Assembly: GCA_963786625.1 (NCBI GenBank)
Contig: CAWAZS010000002.1
Span: 12,201-76,200, forward strand
DNA length: 64,000 bases
Origin: an uncultured beta proteobacterium
Lineage (GTDB): Bacteria; Pseudomonadota; Gammaproteobacteria; Burkholderiales; Casimicrobiaceae
Direction: 5' to 3'
Position numbers and translations under genes: made by a program. Below, piece by piece: positions 46,026 through 54,577 of the stretch; the stretch's first letter is position 1; the number at the start of each line of letters is the position of its first letter. A model generated the notes under the pieces. The model did no database searches. It was not told the origin of the DNA and saw only the letters and a list, made by a program, of their open reading frames with translations.

Positions 46026-46517
46026 TCAAACCCGCAGTATCCGCTCGCCGCGCCCGATCCCCGAGGCGCCGGTGCGCACCGTCTCGAGAATCACGCCGGG
46101 CTCGATCGCGGTCAGGAATGCGTCGAGCTTCGACCCCGTGCCCGTGAGCTCGATCGTGTAGCTCTTGTCGGTGACGTCGAGGATGCGCCCGCGGAAGATG
46201 TCGGCGAGGCGCTTCATCTCCTCGCGGTCCTTCCCCGCCGCCCGCACCTTGACCAGCATCAGCTCGCGCTCGATGTGGTTGCCTTCCGTCAGGTCGACGA
46301 CCTTGACGACGTCGACGAGCTTGTTCAGCTGCTTGGTGATCTGCTCGATGACGTCCTCGGAGCCGACGGTGACGATCGTCATCCGCGACATCGTCACGTC
46401 CTCGGTCGGCGCCACCGTGAGCGACTCGATGTTGTAGCCGCGCGCCGAGAAGAGCCCCGAGATGCGCGACAGCGCGCCCGCCTCGTTCTCGACCAGGATC
46501 GACAGGATATGGCGCAT
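46026..46517 (-). CDS. ilvN: Acetolactate synthase small (regulatory) subunit
   Basis: Intact 163 aa: MRHILSILVENEAGALSRISGLFSARGYNIESLTVAPTED (ACT domain). Confidence 0.93.
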   Translation of the reverse strand: MRHILSILVENEAGALSRISGLFSARGYNIESLTVAPTEDVTMSRMTIVTVGSEDVIEQITKQLNKLVDVVKVVDLTEGNHIERELMLVKVRAAGKDREEMKRLADIFRGRILDVTDKSYTIELTGTGSKLDAFLTAIEPGVILETVRTGASGIGRGERILRV

Positions 46518-46572
46518 GGTCAGTTTCCCCCCGAGGTGGCGCAGTTTGCGCCCTGCGACGGCCCGGCGGCGC

Positions 46573-48279
46573 TCACAGCTCCTCCGCCAGGATCATCTCG
46601 GTGAGGCCCTTGCCGCCGGGCACCATCGGGAACACGTTCTCGGTCTGGTCGGTGATGACGTCGACGAAGACGAGCCGGTCCTTGTGCCGGAACGCCTCGG
46701 CCAGGGCGCCGTCGACGTCGCCGGGCTTGTCCACCTTGATGCCGATGTGGCCATACGCCTCCGCGAGCTTCACGAAGTCCGGCAGCGCGTCCATGTACGA
46801 CTCCGCGTACCGGTTGCCGTAGAAGAACTCCTGCCACTGGCGGACCATCCCCATGTAGCGATTGTTGAGGTTCACGATCTTGATCGGGAGGTGGTACTGC
46901 TTGCAGGTCGACAGCTCCTGGATGCACATCTGGATCGACGCCTCGCCGGTCACCGTGACCACGGTCGCCCCGGGGTTGACGAGCTGGACGCCCATCGCCG
47001 CAGGCAGGCCGAAGCCCATCGTGCCGAGACCGCCCGAGTTGATCCAGCGGCGCGGCTTGTCGAACTTGTAGTACTGCGCCGCCCACATCTGGTGCTGGCC
47101 GACGTCCGACGTGATGAACGCGTCGCCCTTCGTCAGCTCGTAGAGCTTCTGGACCACGTACTGCGGCTTGATGAGCTCGCTCTTGACGTCGTACCGCAGG
47201 CAGTCCTTGCGCTGCCACTCCTTGATCTCCGCCCACCACGCCTTCAGCGCGACGGGATCGGGACGCTGCGGGGAGGTCTCGATCAGCTTCAGCATCTCGT
47301 CGAGGACGTCGGCGACGTAGCCGACGATCGGCACGTCCACCTTCACCCGCTTCGAGATCGACGAAGGATCGATGTCGATGTGGATGATCTTGCGGTCGCT
47401 GCGAAAGAAGTGCTCCGGGTTGCCGATGACCCGGTCGTCGAACCGCGCGCCGATGGCGATCAGCACATCGCAGTGCTGCATCGCCATGTTCGACTCGTAG
47501 GTGCCGTGCATGCCGAGCATGCCGGTGAACTGCGGGTCGGTGCCCGGGAATCCCCCGAGGCCCATCAGCGTGTTGGTGCACGGGAAGCCGAGGAGGCGCA
47601 CGAGGCGCGTCAGCTGCGGTGCCGCGTTGTTGAGGACGACGCCGCCGCCGCTGTACACCATGGGCCGCTTGGCGTCGAGCAGGAGCTGCACCGCCTTCTT
47701 GATCTGCCCGGCGTGGCCGCGGGTCACCGGGTTGTACGAGCGCAGCGAAACCGTCTTCGGGTAGTTGAACTCGGCCTTCGCCTGCGTCACGTCCTTCGGG
47801 ATGTCGACCAGCACCGGTCCGGGGCGACCGGTGGCAGCGAGATAGAACGCCTTCTTGATCGTCGGCGCGACGTCGTTCACGTCCTTGACCAGGAAGTTGT
47901 GCTTGACGCAGGGCCGCGTGATCCCGACGGTGTCGCATTCCTGGAACGCGTCCTGGCCGATCGCGTGCGTCGGCACCTGGCCGGTCAGCACGACCATCGG
48001 GATCGAGTCCATGTAGGCGGTCGCGATGCCGGTCACCGCATTCGTCACGCCCGGACCCGACGTCACGAGGCACACGCCCACCTTGTTCGACGATCGGGAA
48101 TAGCCGTCCGCCGCGTGGGCCGCGCCCTGCTCGTGGCGGACCAGCACGTGCTTGACCTTCTCCTGCTTGAAGAGCTCGTCGTAGATGTTGAGGACCGCGC
48201 CGCCGGGATAGCCGAAGACGTACTCGACGCCCTCTTCCTGGAGGCAGCGGATGACGATTTCCGCACCCGTGAGTTGCAT
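46573..48279 (-). CDS. ilvI: Acetolactate synthase (AHAS III-type) large catalytic subunit
   Basis: MQLTGAEIVIRCLQEEGVEYVFGYPGGAVLNIYDEL...GGLGTMGFGLPAAMG (ThDP motif), 568 aa from the in-frame ATG at 48279. ORF 46573..48459 extends upstream without similarity. Confidence 0.95.
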   Translation of the reverse strand: MQLTGAEIVIRCLQEEGVEYVFGYPGGAVLNIYDELFKQEKVKHVLVRHEQGAAHAADGYSRSSNKVGVCLVTSGPGVTNAVTGIATAYMDSIPMVVLTGQVPTHAIGQDAFQECDTVGITRPCVKHNFLVKDVNDVAPTIKKAFYLAATGRPGPVLVDIPKDVTQAKAEFNYPKTVSLRSYNPVTRGHAGQIKKAVQLLLDAKRPMVYSGGGVVLNNAAPQLTRLVRLLGFPCTNTLMGLGGFPGTDPQFTGMLGMHGTYESNMAMQHCDVLIAIGARFDDRVIGNPEHFFRSDRKIIHIDIDPSSISKRVKVDVPIVGYVADVLDEMLKLIETSPQRPDPVALKAWWAEIKEWQRKDCLRYDVKSELIKPQYVVQKLYELTKGDAFITSDVGQHQMWAAQYYKFDKPRRWINSGGLGTMGFGLPAAMGVQLVNPGATVVTVTGEASIQMCIQELSTCKQYHLPIKIVNLNNRYMGMVRQWQEFFYGNRYAESYMDALPDFVKLAEAYGHIGIKVDKPGDVDGALAEAFRHKDRLVFVDVITDQTENVFPMVPGGKGLTEMILAEEL

Positions 48280-48595
48280 GACTGTACCTTGCGCAAAATG
48301 GTGGATCCCGCGGGCGCCGTCGGCGCACGGGGTCTCTCGCAACACTGTCCGGCGCGAATTCGGGATGGACGCGCCCACCAGGGCTTTACCGGGTAGAAAG
48401 CCGCGATCTGGTAACCACCGTTCGGGCCCCGAGGGATTCCCCGCCGATGCTCGTGACATCGCGAAGGGAGCGGGAACGGCCGTTATTGCAGCACAACATC
48501 GGCCGTCTCCGGCCGAGGTTCAACGTTACCCGCCGGACCGGCGCCGGTCAACCCCGTTGCACCGCACAACGGCCCGATCCCCACGCCGTCCTATA

Positions 48596-49195
48596 ATGCC
48601 CGCGACCCAGCGCACGGACCTTGTCCTGGCCTCCTACCAAGAAATTTCGGCCTTTCTGGCAGATGTCGAACGCCGCGCCTTCAAGCAGGCGATGTTCGCG
48701 GTCCGCGACGAGCACAGCGCCCTCGACGTGGTCCAGGATGCGATGCTCAAGCTGACGGAGAAATATTCGGAAAAGCCGGCGGCGGAGCTGCCGATGCTCT
48801 TCCAACGGATCCTGCAGAATACGATCCACGACCACTTTCGCCGCCAGAAGGTCCGTTCGACGTGGACCACGCTCCTGTCGGCGCTGGGAAAAGGTGACGA
48901 AAAGGACGACGATTTCGATCCGCTGGAAACTTTGTCGGCAAAATCGGACTCGAACGCGAACGCCGATCCCGCGGAGCAGCTCGAACAAAGTCAGATTATG
49001 GCCATCATCGAGCAGGCGCTGGCGCGGTTGCCCGCGCGTCAACGGGAAGCCTTTCTGTTACGTTACTGGGAAGAGCTCGATGTGGCGGAAACCGCTGCGG
49101 CGATGGGCTGTTCCGAGGGCAGTGTGAAGACCCACTGCTCGCGCGCGGTTCATGCCCTGGCCCTGACGCTCAAGGCCAAAGGGGTGACACTATGA
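48596..49195 (+). CDS. ECF-type RNA polymerase sigma factor (sigma-70 family, group 4)
   Basis: It has region 2 (EHSALDVVQDAMLKLTEKY...LFQRILQNTIHDHFRRQ) and region 4 (LPARQREAFLLRYWEELDVAETAAAMGCSEGSVKTHCSRAV). It is 199 aa, and its stop overlaps the next start (ATGA). Confidence 0.88.
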   Translation: MPATQRTDLVLASYQEISAFLADVERRAFKQAMFAVRDEHSALDVVQDAMLKLTEKYSEKPAAELPMLFQRILQNTIHDHFRRQKVRSTWTTLLSALGKGDEKDDDFDPLETLSAKSDSNANADPAEQLEQSQIMAIIEQALARLPARQREAFLLRYWEELDVAETAAAMGCSEGSVKTHCSRAVHALALTLKAKGVTL

Positions 49196-49599
49196 CCTCC
49201 AAAGATCATGATTTCGCAAAGAAAATAGTCACCCTTCTCGATCAGGGGACGGCCGAGCTCAAGCCCGGGACCGCCTATCGCCTGCAGCTTGCCCGGCAGG
49301 AAGCGCTGGCGCGGCTCGCCGACCCCAAGCGCGCGGCCGATCTGCAGCTGGCCGGCGCGCATGCGTTCAGCGGGTCGGGAACCTCCGGTGGCGATCGCCG
49401 CTTCTGGGCGAGCGGCCGCCTCTGGGTGGGGATCGCGTTGATCGCCGCAGCCGGTTTCGGCTATGAACAGTGGGTGGCCCATCAGCAGCTCAAGGAGCTG
49501 GAGGAAACGGACATCGCGATCCTCTCTTCGGACCTGCCGATCGATGCCTATTTGGACCGGGGATTCCAGAATTGGCTGAATCACGCGGTGGACGAATAA
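49192..49599 (+). CDS. DUF3619-family protein (probable membrane anti-sigma partner)
   Basis: 135 aa, translationally coupled to the ECF sigma gene, with one TM (LWVGIALIAAAGFGY). The family assignment is from memory of the conserved Burkholderiales sigma/DUF3619/DUF3106/RDD module. Confidence 0.7.
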   Translation: MTSKDHDFAKKIVTLLDQGTAELKPGTAYRLQLARQEALARLADPKRAADLQLAGAHAFSGSGTSGGDRRFWASGRLWVGIALIAAAGFGYEQWVAHQQLKELEETDIAILSSDLPIDAYLDRGFQNWLNHAVDE

Positions 49600-49613
49600 C
49601 CTGCCGTCTCGCG

Positions 49614-50318
49614 TTGGCGTTTGCACTTTCGGCCGGGCTGGTCGCGAGCGCGCTTGCGCAGCCGATCGGGATCGGTTCGCCGTCCTGGGCCGAGCTGCCG
49701 GCCGCCGAACGGCAGTTCCTCGCGCCGCTCGCCCCCGAGTGGGACAGGATGGACGCCCAGCGCAAGCAGAAGTGGCGGGGCATCGCGCAGCGGTATCCGC
49801 ATATGCGCCCCGACGAGCAGCAACGCGTGCGGCAGCAGATGTCGACGTGGGCGCAGCTGTCGCCCGAGCAGCGGCAAGCCGCCCGCGAGCGGTACAAGAC
49901 CTTGAAGACGCTTCCGCCGGAAAAGAAGCAGGAAGTCCGGCAAAAGTGGGAGCAGTACCAGACGCTGCCCCCCGAAACCAGGCGCGAGCTCGCCACGAAG
50001 CCGCCGCCACCGGGAGCCAAGCCGGCGTCCCCGCCGGGAGTCCAGCCGGCTCCCGTACTGTCTCCGCCCCCGCGGCTGGTGCCGGGGGGGCCTCCGCCGC
50101 CCCCGGGCGCACCCCCGCCCCAGCTTGCGCCGGGCGGCGCAACGCTCCCGCTGGGGACACCGCCGCCGCGGCTCGTGCCAAGCGGACCGCCGCCACCCCC
50201 GGGCACGCCACCGCCGCGGCTCGTGCCAAGCGGACCGCCGCCACCCCCGGGCACGCCACCGCTGCAACCCGCGCCAGGCGGCGTATTGCCACCCTCGGGC
50301 GCCAACGCCACCAAGTGA
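49614..50318 (+). CDS. DUF3106-domain periplasmic protein with Pro-rich repetitive C-terminus
   Basis: It has a signal-like LALAFALSAGLVASALAQP, then W..L...E...L.P....W......QK.KW repeats (WAELPAAERQFLAPLAPEWDRMDAQRKQKWRGIAQRY, EQQRVRQQMSTWAQLSPEQRQAARERYK, EKKQEVRQKWEQYQ). The start is uncertain: TTG 49614 is chosen, and the open frame begins at 49470. Confidence 0.65.
   Translation: MAFALSAGLVASALAQPIGIGSPSWAELPAAERQFLAPLAPEWDRMDAQRKQKWRGIAQRYPHMRPDEQQRVRQQMSTWAQLSPEQRQAARERYKTLKTLPPEKKQEVRQKWEQYQTLPPETRRELATKPPPPGAKPASPPGVQPAPVLSPPPRLVPGGPPPPPGAPPPQLAPGGATLPLGTPPPRLVPSGPPPPPGTPPPRLVPSGPPPPPGTPPLQPAPGGVLPPSGANATK
50157..50270 (+). repeat. 48-bp tandem repeat, about 2.4 copies (encodes TPPPRLVPSGPPPPPG)
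   Basis: The units at 50157-50204 and 50205-50252 differ at 2 positions, and a partial third unit follows. It lies inside the DUF3106 gene. Confidence 0.85.
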
Positions 50319-50325
50319 GCCCCGG

Positions 50326-50919
50326 GTGACGCGCGACGCGCCCGCGGCGCCGCCGGCGTCGCCGGTGGCGACGGGCAGCAAGCGTCCCCTGGCCCGGCTC
50401 CCGCGCCGGTTTGCCTCGCTCGGCTACGAAAGCCTGGTGCTCGCGGCCATCGCGCTGCTGACGGGCTTCCTGACGGCTCCGCTCGTTTCGCGTGTCGCCC
50501 CTGGGGCAACCGCGTTCCCGGTGCCTCCGCCCGGTGGCCGAGTGCTGTCGGCCTGCGGCGTATTCGTCGTCGTGGGCGCCTATTTCGTGTGGTCATGGAC
50601 GGGCGGAAGGCGAACCCTGCCCATGAAGACGTGGCGGATGTCGCTGGTGCGCGCCGATGCGCGGCCCGTCGACGCCCGAACCGCGATCACCCGCTACCTC
50701 GCCGCGTGGCTCGGCCCGGCGGCCGCGCTCGCCGCCTATGTCGCGCTGAAGCCCGCCGGCCTGGGCGCCCACGCTGCATGGCTGCTGGCCCTCAACTTCC
50801 TCTGGGCCTTCGTCGACCCCGAGCGCCAGTTCCTGCACGACCGGATCGCGGGGACGCGGATCGTCCTGTCGGACACCGCGGTTCGCCGGGAACGAGGACC
50901 ATCGGCGCCATCCAGCTGA
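50326..50919 (+). CDS. RDD-family membrane protein
   Basis: GTG 50326 lies in ORF 50125..50919. RRFASLGYESLVLAAIALLTGFL..., SWTGGRRTLPMKTWRMSLV..., and FLHDRIAGTRIV are typical of RDD proteins. Confidence 0.75.
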   Translation: MTRDAPAAPPASPVATGSKRPLARLPRRFASLGYESLVLAAIALLTGFLTAPLVSRVAPGATAFPVPPPGGRVLSACGVFVVVGAYFVWSWTGGRRTLPMKTWRMSLVRADARPVDARTAITRYLAAWLGPAAALAAYVALKPAGLGAHAAWLLALNFLWAFVDPERQFLHDRIAGTRIVLSDTAVRRERGPSAPSS

Positions 50920-50950
50920 CCCGATCGGCCGATGCCAAGTCTCCGGCCGG

Positions 50951-51821
50951 TCAGGCCCGCGCGAGCGCCACGCCTACGCTGATCAGTGCCATTCCCGCAA
51001 TCGCGAGCGCATCGAGCGTCTCGCCGAAGATCAGCCACGCCATCACGGCGGTCACTGCGGGAACGAGAAAGAAAAGCCTGGCGACATTCGCGGCGGCGCC
51101 GTGACGCAGCAGCCAGTAGAGGAGGCTGATCGCCCCGACCGACAGCACGACGACCGACCAGCCCAGCGCGAAGGCAAACTCCGGCGTCCAGCGCACCGGC
51201 ACGTGCTCGAACGCGAGCGCGAGCGGCAGGTAGGCGCCCGCGCACGCGGCGAACTGGATCACGGCTCCCGTGCGCAGGTCGACGTGCGAGCAGAATCGCT
51301 TCTGGTAGAGCGTGCCCACGCTGATGCCGCCGAGCGCGACCGCGGTGGCCACGAGCGCGGTGACATCGCCGGTCAGTCCGAGCTTGTGCCTGACGACCAG
51401 CCAGACTCCGGCCAGCCCCAGCAGCAGCCCCAGCCATTGCCGCGGCACGACGCGCTCGCCGAGCCACCCGCGTGCGATGGCAACCGTGACGATGGGCTGG
51501 AGCCCCACCAGCATCGCAGCCGTGCCGGCGGGCATGTCGGCGGCGAGCGCGACGAACACGCCGCCGAGATAAACGCCGTGGACCAGCCACGCCGCGACCG
51601 CGACGTGCCCGACCTGCGCGAACGTGCCCGGCCACGGAGCACGGGTCGCCAATGCGACCAGCGGTCATCAGCGCGGCGACCAGCGCGAAGCGATACAGGA
51701 GAAAGGTCAGCGGGGGCGCGTACGGGAGCCCGTACTTCGCCGCGATGAAGCCGGTGCTCCACAGCAGCACGAACAGCAGCGGGAACGCGGATTGCCTTCG
51801 CGCGTGGGCGGCGTCGCTCAT
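50951..51821 (-). pseudogene. EamA/DMT-family transporter, one +1 frame change near 51660
   Basis: The N-terminus [52 protein letters not shown] is in ORF 50736..51821. The remainder (...AWLVHGVYLGGVFVALAADMPAGTAAMLVGLQPI...LFFLVPAVTAVMAWLIFGE...) is in ORF 50951..51652. Confidence 0.8.
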
Positions 51822-51942
51822 GGGAATCGGGTGCCGCGCACATACCCGGCCATGCCGGACACGCGGCGGTCAGGCCCGACCGACTGCCCGCGCGCCTGCC
51901 ACCGCGACAGCTCCTGCCGGCAACGGCGGTGCAATGCGGCGT

Positions 51943-52493
51943 TCAGAAGTTCGGCTTCGGACTCGCCGCGTCGTAGCGCGCGATGCCTTCCAGAATCTCC
52001 CGTTTCGCTTCCTCGGCGCCGACCCAGGCGGACACGCGCACCCATTTTCCGGGCTCGAGATCCTTGTAGTGCTCGAAGAAGTGCGCGATCTGCTGCGTCG
52101 TCATCTCGGGCAGGTCGCGCGGCGACTGCACGTTGCGATAGAGCGCCGGTCAGCTTGTCGATCGGCACCGCGAGCACCTTCGAATCGCCTCCCGCCTCGT
52201 CGTCCATCTTCAGCATGCCGATCGGCCGGCAGCGCACGACCACGCCCGTGATGAGCGGCATCGGCGAGAGGACCAGCACGTCGCACGGATCACCGTCGTG
52301 AGAGAGCGTGCGCGGAATGTAGCCGTAGTTGCACGGGTAGTGCATCGACGACGACATGAACCGGTCGACGAACACCGCGCCGGTTTCCTTGTCGACCTCG
52401 TATTTGATCGGATCCCCGCAGCATCGGGATTTCGATGATGACGTTGCAGTCGTTCGGGACATCCTTGCCGGCGGGCACGCGGTCGAGGTTCAT
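51943..52493 (-). pseudogene. ppa: Inorganic pyrophosphatase (family I), two +1 frame changes near 52425 and 52147
   Basis: [23 protein letters not shown] is in ORF 52290..52493. [50 protein letters not shown]...[21 protein letters not shown] is in ORF 51818..52462. [37 protein letters not shown]... is in ORF 51943..52131. Confidence 0.9.
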
Positions 52494-52570
52494 TGGCGGG
52501 AGGGCTCGTGTCGATGACGGACGGTGATTATACGGACCCCGGTGCGCGCGGCTGTATCATCGGCATCACG

Positions 52571-53388
52571 ATGGAACGTGGCCCCGGCCGGACCGATCGC
52601 GCGCGACCGAGCGGATCGCGATCCTCTCGTTGCCGCGCCGCTTGCCTGCTCGCGCCGCTCCTCGCGCTTGGCGCGGCCCTCGCGCCAGCGTCCGTCGCCG
52701 GCGCAGCCGGGCTTCGAGGCCGCGCCCCTGCCCGCGCCCTTCTCCGCCGGCAAGCCCGGCGCGGGATTGCCGCGGGGCTGGGAGCCCGTGAAGCTTTCCG
52801 CGAACAAGACGCCGACCGACTACGCGCTGGTCGAGGACGGCGACGCGGTCGTGCTGCATGCGAAGGCGATCGCCGCCGCCAGCGGGCTCGCCCAGTTCAC
52901 GGTCTTCGACGTTCGCAGCGCGCCCGTCGTCGAGTGGCGGTGGAAGGCCAGCTCGCTCGTCGACGGCGCCGACAACCGGGTCGCGGCGAAGGAGGACGCG
53001 CCGGCGCGGCTCCTGTTCGCGTTCGACGGCGACAAGTCGCAGCTGCCGCTGGTCGAGCGGGCCGTCTTCTACATCACCGAGAAGCTGTCCGGCCGCGAGT
53101 TGCCGTATGCGCTGCTGCAGTACGTATGGGCCCGCCGGCTGCCCGTGGGCACGGTGATCGAGCACCCGTACACGCGCCGCGTGCGGATGATCGTCGTGGC
53201 GAGCGGCGCCGGCGGCGTCGGGCAAGTGGCAGCGCTTCTCGCGCAACGTCTACGACGACTACCGGCAGGCGTTCGACGAGGAGCCGGGCGATCTCACCGG
53301 CATCGGGGTGATGACCGACACCGACAACACCAGCGGTTCCGTGGAAGCATGGTACGGCGACATCCGGTTCCGGCCCGCGGATCGGTAG
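52571..53388 (+). pseudogene. DUF3047-domain secreted protein, two +1 frame changes near 52690 and 53221
   Basis: The signal peptide is in frame 2 (MERGPGR...CLLAPLLALGAALAPASVAGA). The core is in ORF 52524..54164 (WEPVKLSANKTPTDYALVEDGDAVVLHAKA...EWRWKASSLVDGADNRVAAKEDAPARLLFAF...). The C-terminus is in the third frame (GKWQRFSRNVYDDYRQAFDEEPGDLTGIGVMTDTDNTSGSVEAWYGDIRFRPADR, TAG 53386-53388). Confidence 0.65.
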
Positions 53389-53432
53389 GGAACCGCCGCA
53401 CGCATCCCGCGCCGAGGTTTCCCCGGCGTCCG

Positions 53433-54507
53433 TCAGTCCCCCGAACGCGCCCCGCTGCGGTACGCCGCTCCGTAGCGAACATAGATTTCCGCCGCCTGCG
53501 CGAACAGCTCGCGCTCCTGGGGCTTCACCTCGCGGAACGCGCATGCGGGGCGGCCCGCCCAGATCCACCCCTTCGCGACCACGGTGCCGGGCTCGACCAG
53601 GGCGCGCGCGCCGATGCAGCCGCCCTCCTCGACGATGACGCCGTCGCCGACCTGCGATCCCATCCCGATCAATGCGTGGTCCCCGACGATCGCCGCGCCC
53701 ATGCGCACGTTGTGACCGACCGTCACGTCGGCGCCGATGACGAGCGGACCCCGCGCCGCATCGGTCACGAGCAGCGAGTTGTCCTGAATGTTGGTGCGCG
53801 GGCCGATCTCGACACGTGCGCCGCCGGCGACGACGACGCACCCGAAATAGACGCTCGCGTCGTCGGCCACCGCGACGTCGCCGACGAGCGCCGCAGTCGG
53901 CGCAATGTAGGCGCGACCCACCCGCGGGCGCGTCCGCGCCGCGCCCCGCGCGCTCGTCCCCGCCCGTCGGCAGGAGCGCTGCCGCGTCGAGCGGCGGCAG
54001 GTCGCCGGACGTCACCAGCGACGACTTGCTGCGATTCCGGATGGCGTACGCCGCGGCCGCGAGATCCTCCGCCCCGACCTCGCGGACCGGCGTCGCCGGG
54101 TTGCCTTCGTAGACCCACCCGCCGGCAAGCCGCTTGCGCGGCGGCACGAGGCTGCCCGCGGTGATCACGGCCCCGGCGCCGACGTGCGCACCGTCCATGA
54201 CGACGGCCGTGTCGCCAACGACGACCCGATCCTCGACCGTGCACGCATGGACCAGCGCAAATCGTCCGACGGTGACGTCGTTGCCGACGATCGCCGGCAG
54301 CGTGCTGTCGGCGATATGCACGGTCGCCCGCTCGCCGAAGTAGACGTTGGCGCCGATCCGCACCCAGTCGCCATCGGCGCGCAGCATCGCATGGTCGCGC
54401 AGCACCAGGCCGGGACCGGCGACGGTGCGGCCGACGATCGCCGCGGTCGGCGCACAATCCATCGGCGCGGCGACCGACGGCACGAAGTCGAGATAGCGGA
54501 TGAGCAT
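53433..54507 (-). pseudogene. Tandem gamma-carbonic-anhydrase-like / LbH (PaaY/CaiE/YrdA family) protein: two hexapeptide-repeat domains joined across a +1 frame change near 53940
   Basis: Domain 1 is the N-terminus of ORF 53074..54507 (MLIRYLDFVPSV...IGANVYFGERATVHIADS...VGNDVTVGRFALVHACTVED...). It has no in-frame stop. Domain 2 is ORF 53433..53921 ((V)GRAYIAPTAALVGDVAV...IGPRTNIQDNSLLV...IGADVTVGHNVRMGAAIVGD...). It has a GTG start, no SD, and an open frame extending upstream through TRPRVG. It is either a single roughly 355-aa protein or two genes. Confidence 0.7.
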
Positions 54508-54518
54508 CCTGTTGTGAT

Positions 54519-54576
54519 GGGGTCAGTGTAAGTTATCCGGCGATGCCGTTGTAGACGGATAACTTGCACTGACCCC
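54519..54576. repeat. 21-bp inverted repeat (one mismatch) with 16-nt spacer between the mutase stop and the LbH gene start
   Basis: GGGGTCAGTGTAAGTTATCCG-gcgatgccgttgtaga-CGGATAACTTGCACTGACCCC. It starts 1 nt after the mutase stop codon and ends 11 nt before the LbH ATG. It is noticeably less GC-rich than its surroundings. Confidence 0.85.
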
Positions 54577-54577
54577 G

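Noticed and set aside
53074-54507. ORF 53074..54507 (477 aa) as a single large protein extending across DUF3047 antisense sequence.
   Set aside because: Only its first roughly 197 residues resemble an LbH protein. The remainder is Arg-rich read-through antisense to the DUF3047 gene, while the second LbH domain lies in the +1 frame (ORF 53433..53921).
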